Positions 40,092-52,889 of a DNA stretch of 64,000 nt are shown piece by piece. The DNA is taken from assembly GCF_963921235.1 (NCBI RefSeq), contig NC_086097.1:201006001-201070000 (forward strand), given 5' to 3'. Below the pieces are notes generated by a model. It saw only the letters and a list, made by a program, of their open reading frames with translations. It made no database searches and was not told the origin of the DNA. Source of the DNA: Mobula hypostoma (taxonomy: Eukaryota). Both the position numbers and the translations under genes were made by a program. The number at the start of each line of letters is the position of its first letter. Within the stretch, counting starts at the first letter, position 1.

Positions 40092-42645
40092 TGTGTTGCC
40101 CAAAAATTTCCATAAGATATAGGAGCAGAAGTAGGCTATTCGGCCCATCGAGTCTGCTCTGCCTATCAATCATGGGCTGATCCAATTCATCCAGTCATCC
40201 CCACTTCCCTGCCTTCACCCCATACCCTTGGATACCCTGGCTAATCAAGAACCTATCTATCTCTGTCTTAAATACACCTAATGACCTGGCCTCCACAGCC
40301 ACTCATGGCAACAAATTCCACAGATTTACCACCCTCTGACTACAGTAATTTCCTTGCATCTCTGTTCTAAAAGGACGTCCTTCAATCCTGAAATCATGCC
40401 CCCTTGTCCTAGAATCTCCTACCATGGGAAATAACCGCCATATCTAATCTGTTCAGGCCTTGTAACATTTGGAATGTTTCTATGAGATCCCCCCATCATT
40501 CTCCTGAACTCCAGGGAATACAGCCCAAGAGCTGCCAAACATTCCTCATATGGTAACCCTTTCATTCTTGGAATAATTCTTGTGAATTTTCTCTGAACCC
40601 TCTCCAATATCAGTATATCCTTTCTAAAATAAGGAGCCCAAAACTGCACACAATACTCCAAGTGTGGTCTCACGAGTGCCTTTCAGAGCCTCAGCATCAC
40701 ATCCCTGCTCTTATATTCTATACTGATAGAAATGAATGCCAACATTGCATTCACCTTCTTCACAACCAACTCAACCTGGAGGTTAACTTTTAGGGTATCT
40801 TGCACAAGGACTCCCAAGTCCCTTTGCATCCCTGCATTTGAATTCTCTCACCATCTAAATAACAGTCTGCGCCTTTATTTCTTCCACCAAAAAGCATGAC
40901 CATACACTTGCCAACATTGTATTTCATTTGCCACTTCTTTGCCCATTCCCCTAAACTATCTAATTCTCTCTGTAGGCTCTCTGTTTCCTTGACACTATCC
41001 ACTTCTCCACCTATCTTTGTATCATCGGCAAACTGAGCTACAAATCCATTAATCCCATAGTCCAAATCATTGACAGACATCATAAAAAGCAGTGGTCCCA
41101 ACACTGACCCCTGTGGAGCTCCACTGGTAACCGGCAGCCAGACAGAATAGGATCCCTTTATTCCCACTCTCTGTTTTCTGCTGACCAGCCAATGCTCCAC
41201 CTATGCTAGTAACTCCCCTGTAATCCCATGGGCTCTTACCTTGCTAAGCAGCCTCATGTGTGGCACCTTGTCAAAGGCCTTCTGAAAATCCAAGAACACC
41301 ACATCTACTGCATCTTCTTTGTCTACTCTGTTTGTAACTTCCTCAAAGAACTGCAGGTGTCAGGCAGGATTTTCCTTTCAGGAAACCATGCTGGCTTTGG
41401 CCTATCTTGTCATGTTCCTCCAGGTATTCCATAATCTCATCCCTAACAATCAATTCCAACAACTTCCCAACCACTGATGTCAGACTAACAGGTCTACAGT
41501 TTCCTTTCTGCTGCCTCCCACCCTTCTTAAATGGCAGAGTAACATTTGCAATTTTCCAGTCTTCCGGTACAATGCAGAATCTATTGATTCTTGAAAGATC
41601 ATTGTTGATGCCTCTGGAATCTCTCCAGTTACTTCCTTCAGAACCCAAGGGTGCATTCCATCAGGTCCAGCAGATTTAACTACCCTCAGACCATTAAGCT
41701 TCCTGAGTGCCTTCTCAGTTGTAATTTTCACTGCATAAACTTCACTTCCATGACACTCTTGAATGTCCGGTATACTGCAGACATCTTCCACTGTGAAGAC
41801 TGATGCAAAATACGCATTCAGTTCCTCTGTCATCTCTGCATCTCTCAATACGGCCTGTTTCCGTGCTGTAATTGTTATATTAAAATATCTCCAGCGTCAT
41901 TTTGTCTTGGATCTATATCTACCCTCGACTGTCTTTTACCCTCTATATACTTAAAAAAGCTTTTAGTATCTCCTTTGATATTAGTCGCCAGCTTCCTCTC
42001 ATAATTCATCTTTTCCTTCCTAATGACCTTCTTAGTTTCCTTCTGCAAGTTTTTAAAAGCTCCCCAATCCTCTATCTTCCCACTAGCTCTGGCTTCCTCG
42101 TATGCCCTCTCTTTTGCTTTTACTTTGACTCCAACTTCACCTGTCAGCCACGGTAGTGTCCTTCTTCCCTTTGAAAATTTCTTCTTATTTGGAATATACC
42201 TGTCTTGCACTTACCTCATTTTTCACAGAAACTCCAGCCATTGATGCTCTGCTGTCCCTCCTTGAAATGTCTCTTTCTGGTCAATTTTGGCCAGTTCCCC
42301 TCTCATGCCATTTTAATTTTCTTTATTCCACTGAAATACCGACACATTGGATTTTATTTTTTTCCCTCTCAAATTCAATGTGAACTCGATTATATTGTGA
42401 ACACTGCTCCCTAAGTGTTGCTTAACCTTAAGCTCTCTTATCAACTCCAGATCATTGCACAACACCCATTCCAGCACAACCGATCCCCTAGTGGGCTCAA
42501 CAACGAGCTGTTCTAAAAAGCCACCCCTTAGACATTCCACAGATTCTCTCTCTTGAGGTCCAGTACTGGCCTGGTTTTCCCAATCCACTCTCATGTTAAA
42601 ATCCCCAACGAATATCATGACATTGCCTTTTGACACGCCTTCTCT
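40092..42645 (-). mobile_element. CR1 LINE (endonuclease C-terminus to 3' UTR), same subfamily as 13498-15675
   Basis: [36 protein letters not shown]; cataagatatagg tail. Confidence 0.95.
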
Positions 42646-43073
42646 ATTTCATTATATTTGCTAATTTTAGTGAATGTGAGGGCAGGCCATCATCGTGAAC
42701 TTTCTGCATCTTGTATTGGTCAGGAGATGACAGGTTGTTTGTGATTCAATTTTTTTTTATTCTTGAGTTTTGAGGCCTTTTCCTGCAGCAATAATTACTT
42801 GCCTTGCTTTGTTAAAGCAACAATGGTTAGTAAAGCAGATTGGATTAAATGTAACTGTTTAAGCAGTTACAGGCACCACTATTAGTGTAATTGATGTGGA
42901 TATCCTTGCTGTGTCTCACTGGACAATGATCAAATCAAATGGGTGGCAATGGTTGGATCGAGGGCATTGCCCTGACTTGATGAAACAAGTGTTCCAAGCA
43001 GTTTATCAAGAGGAAGAATCTACTGGACCTAGCTTTCTCTAAGCCTTGTCAATCCCATGTTTCCAAAAGTACA

Positions 43074-43169
43074 CAAACATGAGGAATTCTGCAGATGCTG
43101 GAAATTCAAGCAACACACATCAAAGTTGCTGCCTGGCCTGCTGCGTTCACCAGCAACTTTGATGTGTGT
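43074..43169. mobile_element. 96-bp Penelope-derived hairpin insertion
   Basis: 13-bp TSD ttccaaaagtaca at 43061-43073 and 43170-43182; 19-bp perfect stem 43113-43131 / 43151-43169; sequence matches the termini of 52715-54043. Confidence 0.9.
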
Positions 43170-44839
43170 TTCCAAAAGTACAGTTGCTTTCTAACTCTGG
43201 CATTGAAGTCATCTGTTGAGATTTGGACCAAGGACTCTTCAAGGTTGGAGTAGAATCTCTCTTCAGCCACTCTATTGATCTAAGGTTAGAGCATATAATC
43301 TGATAACAATAGTGAATAGGATTTGTATTAGAGTGAGCAACAATATAAAAAATATTCATGTTTTAAGAGGTTATAATAAGTATATTTTCAGGGAATTGAT
43401 AAAATAATACAAATATCTATTTCAATTTACACTGCAGTGGATATATTTTTGCACAAGGAGTCTTTTGCATGCCTAATGTAGACACAACTTTATTAAGGTT
43501 ATCAACATAATCCAGATTTCTGAAATCTCGTCATTGCTGGTGTCAATCAAGATCAACATAAACCTATTGAGTATCTACATGAAAACAACAAGAGCACTAG
43601 AGAAAAAGTAGCTCATAGAAATATGGAGAGCTTCACTGCCAACTTCTCATTAAATGGGGCCTATGAGCATGACCCATATGACTAGACTTTTTAAAATGAT
43701 GGTTGCACTTCATTTTAGATTTTTCTTTAACGTCTCTAGTTCTAAGTCTGTTTTCTTAGCTTTATTTTCTTCTTTTTCACTTTACTATAAATCCTCCAAG
43801 ATTCCCTCCTCCCATCCCCAGATTGTTAAATACTTAATGTTTATATACCCAAAGCCTCATTTATTTTCCTCTCTCATCAGTGTCCATATGCTTCCCAGTG
43901 TGACATCACATGCTAGAATTGTTTTACATTTTTGTTCCCTTTTCTTTTCCAAAGTTGTTGCTGGATGGGAAAACAAGTCTTAAATGAATAAACCATACTT
44001 TTCATTGTCAAAAAACTCATCATTTGGGACTCAAATCACTTTATGCACTTAATTTTTTTCCAGATGTTATAGTTGTCATTTTAGAACCTTATTTTTGTTG
44101 TTTATGTCAAAGCTGAGTGTCCTTCCAAACACCCAAACTATCGTTAACAGCTTCTTCCACAGCATGTTTTCCCCCTTAACCCCTACTCCTACCATCTTCC
44201 TAAGGATGCCAGATTCTAATTGATATCTTCACTAGTTTTGGCTTCAATCCTATCAACATTCACCCCTCTTTCTCTAAGTCTCAGAATGTGCAACAAACAT
44301 CACTTGTTTCTATTGTCATCAATTGCTTGAGCCCATGCTTTTCCAATTCACTCTTTGTTAGGGTTCTTGGGTTTCTTTTATTTTGGTGAATAAGCGAAAA
44401 ATTGTTGATTGCTTCATATTCCTATACAGCTTTCCCATTTTGCAGGAATTGTGTTTTAATCATGTCCCTACTTGCACCTTGTATATTCTTTGCATGCCTT
44501 CATTTCTGATCGTTCTTCTCCATAATTTGCCAATAGTAGGTTATATGTTCTTCCATTCAAAATCAGTTTGGTTGGATAGTGATATAATTTCCTTTTCCCT
44601 GCCCTATTTCACTTAGTTCCCTTGTTATCTAAAAGTTAGCAACACAATGTTACAAATACTCAGTGGTAAATATCCCCAAGAAAGAGGTGTTTAAAATGGA
44701 GTGAAGAATATTCTCATCATCTCAGTCCAATTTGTTCAATTCCTATATTGTGATTATGTATTCTTACATTCATCTTACCTCCTCCTTTCCTGCTTTCAAC
44801 TGTACATTGAAGACTTACTCTTATTTTCTCTTTAAGTTA

Positions 44840-45120
44840 TGATCCAATCAGCAATTTATCTTTATGAAGCAAAAAGTCACAAGCTGCTTCACAACGATAT
44901 CAGGAAACTAAAATTCATGCCAAACCAGCCATTAGAGACGGTGACCAAACATTTTGCCAAAGAATTAGTTTTCAGGTACAATTTAATAGAGGAAAGAGAC
45001 ATAAAGAGACAATTTTGGAGTAAAAAACCTTGTCAGCTGCAATTATAGCACTAATAAATAGTGGTGCAATTAAGTTTGGGGTTGAACAGGAGGTCAGAAT
45101 TGGAGTAGTGCTTGTAACTT
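44840..45120 (-). mobile_element. Degenerate L2 LINE 3' fragment
   Basis: gtgaccaaacattttgccaaagaattagttttcagg...gaggaaagaga resembles the L2 3' end. Confidence 0.45.
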
Positions 45121-46164
45121 GCAATGTTTCCTGGACCAGAAGAGATTACAGAGATAATTCTATTTTTTTCTTTTCCATTTGCTTAATAGCTCTTTGCTAC
45201 TATCTATAAAATTTTCTGAGGCATCTATCTGCTGTAAGGAGCATTATTATAAATGCGTGTTGTTGTAATCCAATATAATAATGAAGATGTTCTCAGAAAA
45301 ATGTGCATAAATGTATTGAATCATCTGTGAAATGTTCGGATATTGTTCGTTTACCTGGTCACAATGATTCTCATTTTTGCTTGTGCAATATGCGTGACGG
45401 CTAACATCTAGTCCACAAACTCTTTTAAGGCAGTGCAGTGGAAGGGAAATGCATGTTGGCAAAATGTAGGCTTTATTGGCAGCCTACTGGGATTCTAATG
45501 GATGTAGCTCTCCTTACCCTATTCTTTGTAAGTACCCTCCGTTTGAACCAACCATTCCAGGATACGGGTAACTGATTGATACTAGCTTCTTCCAATTATC
45601 TACAGTGCCAGGCGTTCAGAGATAAAGGGGAAGGGAAACATCAGTTCTGCAGATTGGCTCCTTGCATGTCTGCACTGGAGAGCAGTCTTTCCTCACTGAA
45701 TAAAAGATGATCTACTGCGATTTTACATACCATTTAATAGAGATGCTGCCCTGTATGTAGACCCGTAAAACAATATTACTGATTCTTTGGTTAACAAGCA
45801 AGTGCCTATCTACTACCAAGAAAATAGTTTTTACTATTTTAAAAGTAAATAAGACTATTAGTTATTCAGCCAAACTTTAGTTCACAATCTAATTCCAAAA
45901 AATAATAACGGTGAACTCTTTCACAATATTCATCTTTTATCAACAATTAATTTTTCTTCAGCATTACTATGACAACCATTTTCTGAGATGCCAAATATTT
46001 TTTATAAATTTCATTACTACTTTAATTATGCAGTTTTCTGTTCTATTACGTTAACTTTAGAGTAGGCGAATCGATTAAAAACAAATATGGGTTTAAAGCC
46101 ATAAGATCTTCCGTTAATAAGTTATAAATAAAATGGACTTCAGATTGTAAGAGACATGACAAAT

Positions 46165-47630
46165 TCGTAGCGATTATTGGTCCACGTGGGTACCAACAAC
46201 ATAGGGAGGAAGAGGGACAAGATTCTGCAAAGTGAGTTCAGGAAGTTCAGAGCTAAGTTAAAGCACAAGACTGTGATCTCAGGATTGCTACCCATGCTAT
46301 GTGCTCGTGAGAACAGAAATAGGAAGATCATACAGTTGAACACATACTTAAGGAGTTGGAAAGAGGTGAAATCGTTGGATCATTGGACTCCTTTGTGGCT
46401 GCCTGTAAGGAGATAAATCTCAAGGTTGCATAATTTATACATATTTTGATAATACATGTACTTTGAACTCTCTTCCAGGGAAGCGGGGCATCTGTACAGA
46501 AGAGACAGTTTGAATCTAAACTAGAGGGGGATGAATATCCTGATAGGAAGACTTGTTGGCACTGTATGGGGGTGGGGGGGAGGGGAGGGAGGGTTTGAAA
46601 AAGAGTTGCAGGGGGAAGGGAACCAGAGTGACAGAACAGATAGTAGAGTGGTTGTGAATACAGATGTTGTTAAGACCTCAGACAAAGTCAGGAATCAAAA
46701 GGTCGAGCAGGCTGGGACTAATGTTCTGAGTTCCGCATATTTCAATGCGAGAAGTATTGTAGGAAAGGCAGATGAGCTCAGGGCATGGATCAACACATGG
46801 TATTATGATATATTCGTCCCGAAGAAGGGTCTCAGCCCAAAACATTGACTCTACTCTTTTCCATAGCTTACTGCTTGACCTGCTGAGTTCCTCCAGCATT
46901 TTGTGTGTGTTGCTTTGGATTTCTAGCATCTGCAGGTTTTCTATGACATATGATATTATATACATTAGTGAGACTTGGTCGCAGGAGGGTCAGGACTGGC
47001 AGCTGAATGTTCCAGGTTTGTGATGTTTTAGATGTGATCGAGCAGAAGGGATGAAAGGGGGAGGGATGCGGTTACTAGTCAAGGAAAATGTCAGGACAGA
47101 CTGGAGAACATTTCTAATTAGGATTTTTGGGTGGAACTGAGGAATAAGAAAGATATGATCATGTTAATGGGGCTATATTATAGACCACCCAACAATCCAT
47201 GTGACTTAGAGAAACAAATTTGTACACAGATCGCAGACAGTTGCAAGAAATATAAGGTTGTGATAATAGGTGATTTTAACTTTCCACATATTGACTGGGA
47301 CTCCCATACTGCAAAAGGACTAGATGGGATGGAGTTTGTCAGATGTGTTCAGAAAAGCTTCCTTACTCAGTACATAGAAGTCCAAATGAGAGAGTAGGCA
47401 TTACTTGATCTCCTATTAGGGAATGAGATAGCGCAGGTGACAGAAGTTTGTGTAGGGAAACGCTTTGCATCTAATGATCATAATAGTTTAATGTGATAGT
47501 GGGTGATTTTAACTTTCCACATATTGACTGGGGACTCCCATAACAGTAAAATGACTGGCTGGTATAGAGGTCGTCAAACGTGTTCAAAAAAGTTTCCTTA
47601 ATCAGCACATAGAAGGCTCAATGAGAGAGT
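46165..47630 (+). mobile_element. CR1 LINE 5' part (ORF1 esterase and APE endonuclease) with small inserts
   Basis: VHVGTNNIG (SGNH-like), YFNARSIVGKADEL, ISETW, YRPP, IGDFNFP. Confidence 0.88.
46812..46948 (+). mobile_element. Penelope terminal-repeat fragment inserted in CR1
   Basis: Apparent 8-bp TSD tatgatat; degenerate hammerhead cccgaagaagggtctcagcccaaaac; tail ...agcatctgcag. Confidence 0.75.
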
Positions 47631-48185
47631 CATGGAGCCATAGAAAAGGACAGCACAGAAACAAGCCCTTCAGCCATCCAGTCCATGCTGAACCATTTAA
47701 ACTGACTAGGCCTATCGACCTGTATCAAAGCCCTCCATACCCCTCCCATCCATGTAACCATCCAAATTTCTCTTAAACATTGAAATCAAGTTTTCATACA
47801 CTATTTGTGCTGGCAGCTCATTCCACACTCTCATGACCCTCTGAGTGAAGAAGTTTCCTCTCATGTTCCACTTGGGGTCACCCTTAACCCATGACCTCTA
47901 GTTGTTGTACCACCCAACTTCATGCAAAAACCCTGCTTGCATTTACCCTATCTATATCCCTCATAATTTTATATACCACCATCAACTCCCATCTCCTGTA
48001 CTAAATGCTTTGATTTATGAAGTACAAAAGCTTTCTTTATGACCCTATCTAAGTGTGTCACCACTTTCAATGAATTATGGACCTGTATTCCCAGATCTCT
48101 TTGTTCTACTGTACTCTTCAGTACCTTAACGCGCAGTGTGTAAAACCAACCCCGGTTGGTCCTAACCGATTTCAACACCCCACAC
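47631..48185 (-). mobile_element. CR1 LINE 3' fragment
   Basis: EQRDLGIQVHNSLKV; 3' UTR near 47640-47700. Confidence 0.8.
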
Positions 48186-48995
48186 ACAAATGCTTGGATT
48201 TCCAGCATCTGCAGATTTTCTCTTGTTTATTTACTTAGGTACTTTATTTTCTACACAAATCTCCATTTGCAGTTGTGACCAGTGGCAGCAGTTACATAAT
48301 TATGAGCTATTTGAAATCAAATTAATCTGACAAAATTAGTTTAAACTTGCTATGTTCCATAAGACCATAAGAGATAGGTAAAGAATTAGGCCATTCTGTG
48401 CATCGAGTCTGCTCCACCATTTTATCTTGGCTAATACATTTTTCTTCCCAATTCCATTTTTCTGCCTTCTCCCATAACCTTTTACATGCTGACGAATCAA
48501 GAACCTATCACTCTCTGCTTTAAGTACACCCTACGCCTTCACAGCAATGAAATCCATAGATTCACTACCCTCTGGCTAAAGAAATTCCTTCTTATTTTCA
48601 TTCTAAATGGATGTCCCGCTATTCTGAGGCTGTGCCCTCTGGTCCGAGACTCCCCCACTCGAGGAAACATCCTCTGCACATCCACTCTATCAAGACCATT
48701 CAGCATTCAATAGGTTTAATGAGATTCCTCCTCATTCTTCTGAATTCCAGCAAGTACAGGCCCAGAGCCATCAAACGCACTTCATACAATAACTCTCATT
48801 TCCAAAATCATTCTTGTGAACCTCCTTTGAAACCCCTGGAGTGTCGGTACATCCTTTGATGGATAAGGAGTCCAAAACTGCTCACTGTACTCCATTTGAG
48901 GTCTCACCAATGCTTTATTAAAGCCTCAACATTACATTCTTGTTTTTATATTCTTGTCCTCTCAAAATGAATGCTAACATTGCATTTACCCTCTT

Positions 48996-50810
48996 TGTTG
49001 TAATGTGAGCATTATTAAAAGTAAGTTAATACTAATTAGGATAATGGGAGGTTTTACTTCTGTTCTTTTTACTTCCGTTGGGCTTTGTATATAGAGTGCC
49101 TGCCATGCCGCACGGGTTGTGAAAGCCTCTGTATATACATAACGGTTTTGAAGTTCGACATAAAGTTGTTTCTTTGGCATGAAGTTGTCAAGTGTGCCTT
49201 TTTCAAAGTAGAAGTTACTACATAATTTTGGCGACGAGGTGAACTGGTTTTGTGAAAGTATCAGCGCGTTTTTCGAACGGGAGCTTCACGTTTCAGTTGG
49301 CTATGTTTGGAACTATCGGGGAATTTCTGGAAGAAAACGAGGACTGGCCAGAGTATGAAGAAAGGTTGGGACACTTTTTCTGTGCTAATGGAATTACTGA
49401 GGAGGCTAAGAAGCACTCTGTTCTCCTGAGTGTGTGTGGGGCAATGATTTACAAGCTAACAAGGTCATCGTACCTCCCCCTGGCCGTCCACAGATTGTGG
49501 AGGAAATTCATGAGACTCACCCAGGAGTGTCTCAAATGAAAAGCCTTGCAAGATCCCATGTTTGGTGGCTAGGAATGGATCAGGATCTGGAGAACAAGGT
49601 GAAATCATGCATGCAATGTCAGACTAATCAGAATATGTCACCACCAACTCCTTTGCATCCATGGGAGTGGCCAGACCACCCCTGCTCTAGGCTACATTTG
49701 GACTTTGCTGGCCCTTTTATGGGCCAGATGTTTCTTGTAATGGTAGATGCACATTCTAAATGTATCAAAGCTCACATCATGAGCAACATCACAGCCCCCT
49801 CAACCCTAGCCAAGCTCAGGTAAGTGTTTGCAGTCCACGGGTTGTCTGACACTGGTCACTGATAATGGCCTGACGTTCACCAGTGAGTTGTTCAGTGAGT
49901 TCATGCAGCAGAATGGCATTCATCACATTCGGATGGCCCCTTTCCACCCAGCCTCCAATGGTTTGGCTGAGTGGGCTGTTCAGACAATGAAAGAAGGCCT
50001 GAAGCGGATGACGGGGACTCTCTTAGCATTCGGCTTTCACATTTCCTGCTTAAGTACCGCCTCACGCCACAGACTATGACTGCCCGCACTCCAGCAGAGA
50101 TGCTGATGGGGCGTAGGCCCAAGTCAAGATTGGACCTGCTGCGCCCAGATATGAAGGCAAAAGTGAGACAGACTATGGTAGAAGCATGTCCACCAGTGAC
50201 TTTGCCAGAGGGTGATACGCTGGCAGAGGGGTCGGGGTCCCCTGAAGAGGATGGACATTCTCACGCAGATACACAGACCCCTCTCATGACCCCAACACCA
50301 GACCCACCCAAAACACCATCACCAGCAGTGCCTGCTGGGTCACCGGGGGGTAGTGTGCAGATCACAGCGCACTCGTAAACCTCCTGACAGACTGTATCTT
50401 TGACAGGACAGTTATTTTTTGTTGTTGTTGGATTGAATGTTGAATCTTTCACATTTTCCAGATGTTTTGTATTGATAAGCTGTTGCTGAGATACTAGTAT
50501 AAGTTTTCAGGGGTACGCAAGTTAATAATACCACTGGTTTTATTTCCTAGGTTTTTTACATTTGGGGAATGTTGGATTTTAAAGGGGGAGAAGTGTTGTA
50601 ATGTGAGCATTATTAAAAGTAAGTTAATACTAATTAGGATAATGGGGCATTTTACTTCTGTTCTTTTTACTTCCGGTAGGCTTTGTATATAGAGTGCCTG
50701 CCATGCCGTATGGGTTGTGAAAGCCTCTGTATATACATAACGGTTTTGAAATTCGGCATAAAGTTGTTTCTTTGGCATGAAGTTGTTTTTTCAAAGTAGA
50801 AGTTCCTACA
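48996..50810 (+). mobile_element. Internally deleted Gypsy (Mag/K02A2.6-like) LTR retrotransposon
   Basis: LTRs 48996-49222 and 50594-50810 (TG..CA); 5-bp TSD ctctt; PBS tggcgacgagg at 49229-49239; PPT aaagggggagaag at 50581-50593; gag N-terminus and integrase remnants. Confidence 0.96.
49458..50402 (+). pseudogene. Gypsy integrase remnant (HHCC zinc finger and DDE core), frameshifted
   Basis: HETHPGVSQMK..CMQC, RLHLDFAGPF, VTDNGLTF, HPASNGLAE; C-terminal RSQRTRKPPDRL. Confidence 0.9.
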
Positions 50811-50978
50811 CTCTTCAGAAATGACTCAACCTGCAAGCCAACCTTTCGGGAATCCTGCAATAAGGACTCCACATCACTTTGCACTTCAGATGTTTAAATA
50901 TTCTGCCTGTTTAGAAATTAGTCTATGCTATGTTTGCCATTTGTCACTTATTTGCCCATTCTTTTATACTATGCAAGT

Positions 50979-51047
50979 CAGGGGTTTCCAACCATCAATC
51001 CCTACCATTAACTGAGAGGTCCATGGACACCAGGTTGTGAACCCCTG
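50979..51047. mobile_element. hAT MITE, same family as 11281-11357, opposite orientation
   Basis: TIRs caggggtttccaacc / ggttgtgaacccctg; shared internal accattaac and gtccatgg motifs. Confidence 0.75.
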
Positions 51048-52810
51048 CTGTAATTCCTTCAGCAGCATCTCTATTTCCTCAACACTACCTGCCCTTCTAC
51101 ATATCATCCACAAAATTTGCCACAGAGCATTAATGCTGACATCCAAATCATTGACATACAACGTACAAAGCAGCAGTCCCAATACCACTAGTTACCAGCA
51201 ACCAACCAGAGAAGGCTCCCTTTATTCCCATTCTTTGCCCCCTACCAATCAGCCATTGCTTTATCCATGCTAGAATTTTTCCTGTAGTACCATGAGGTCT
51301 TACCTTGTTAAACAACCTCATGTGTGGCACCTTGTCAAAGGCCTTTTGAAAATCCAAGTAAACAACATCCACTCTCATGCCTCTATAATTCCCTTTACTC
51401 ATTTGTAATACTGATACATCTGATAATAGCTTCTCCCTCTTAAGCTGCAAGATGAAGTCTATTATGTAGTGATCAATGCTTCTTATGGGGTCCTTTACCT
51501 TAAACTCTCCAATTAAATCCCCTAGTGGGCACACCTGCAAGTTGCTCTAAAAAGCCAGCTCATTGGCATTCCACAAATACCCTCTCTTGGAATTCAGTGT
51601 GAATTTTCTCTCTCCTATTCTAATTTGTAGCTCACATTCTTGCCAGTGTTTGGAGGGCTATATGTAACAGGCAGTTTTTTAACTCTATCCACAAGGATTC
51701 TACATCCTCTGATCCTATGTCACCTTACTCTAAGGATTTGATTTCATTTTTTTTTGCCAACAGAGTCACCTCACCCCTCTGCCTACCTGCCTGTACTTTC
51801 AATACAATATGTAGCATTGGACACTGAGCTCCCAACTATGATCAACTATTACTTCAGTAGTGGTCAAGTTGCTGGATAAGATCCTGAGATTTATGAGTAT
51901 TAGGGATACTCAGCATAGCTTTGTCAAGGGCTGGTCGTGCCTTACGAGCATGATTGAATTCTTTGAGGATGTAAGAAAACACATTGATGAAGGTAGTGCA
52001 GTAAAGGTCGCCAACCTTTTTTGCACCACAGACCAGTTTAATATTGACAATATTCTTGCGGACCGGCCAACGGGGGAGGGGGAGGGGGGCTGTTAATCAA
52101 GACCAGAATATAGGTGATAAGTCCACTATAAGTCACTTATGAGTGGCTAATACACTCAATTTCATTTCTAAAAGGATTTATCTAACAAATTTAATATTAA
52201 ACACACAGTGCAAATTTTCCTCACATGAATATAGTGGTAAGTCAATTACGTTACTTATAAGTCAATAGCAGCATAACGTGTTAAGTAACATTTAGATGTT
52301 AAACACACAGTGCATATTTCGCAGTTTCACAGAGATATTGTTGGAAACGGAAGCAACGTTTTTAGTGCTTTCGTGGCTATCTCAAGATATTCAGCCTTGA
52401 CTTTGATCCAGAATGCTGGCAGAGATGTTATGTCAAACTTACTTTTCATCCCGCCGTCATTTGCAAACTCGAGGAGTTGATCTTCTTCCCACGCTGACAT
52501 GGAAGATTCACAAATGGGTCACGGACCCACTCCTTTGCACATCTTGGATCATTTGCGGTTGGGAAGTAACGCCGAATTCTGTTGACAGCGAAGATAGGTG
52601 ATCACGCATCAGCTGTGAGAAAGACGGTGCAGCCTCAGTCTCTCCCAGAATCCCAGTTAATGTTGGGAACATGTCAAATATGCCCCTGTCCACTCGCCGT
52701 CCCCACAGTTCCAGACAACAGGAATTCTGCAGATGCTGGAAATTCAAGCAACACACATCAAAGTTGCTGGTGAACGCAGCAGGCCAGGCAGCATCTGTAG
52801 GAAGAGGTGC

Positions 52811-52846
52811 AGTCGACGTTTCAGGCCGAGACCCTTCGTCAGGACT
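52811..52846 (-). ncRNA. Minimal hammerhead ribozyme motif (Penelope-type)
   Basis: Minus strand agtc-CTGACGA-a-gggt ctcg gcct-GAAA-c-GTC-gact: core boxes, stem II, stem I agtc/gact, GUC cleavage triplet. Confidence 0.8.
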
Positions 52847-52889
52847 AACTGAAGGAAGAGTGAGTAAGGGATTTGAAAGTTGGGGGGGG

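Larger units (their letters stand above)
48357..51850 (-). mobile_element. Degenerate CR1 LINE, interrupted by the Gypsy element and a MITE
   Basis: (cataagac)n tail at 48357; CR1 sequence continues across the Gypsy insertion; YLDFQKAFDKVPH. Confidence 0.85.
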
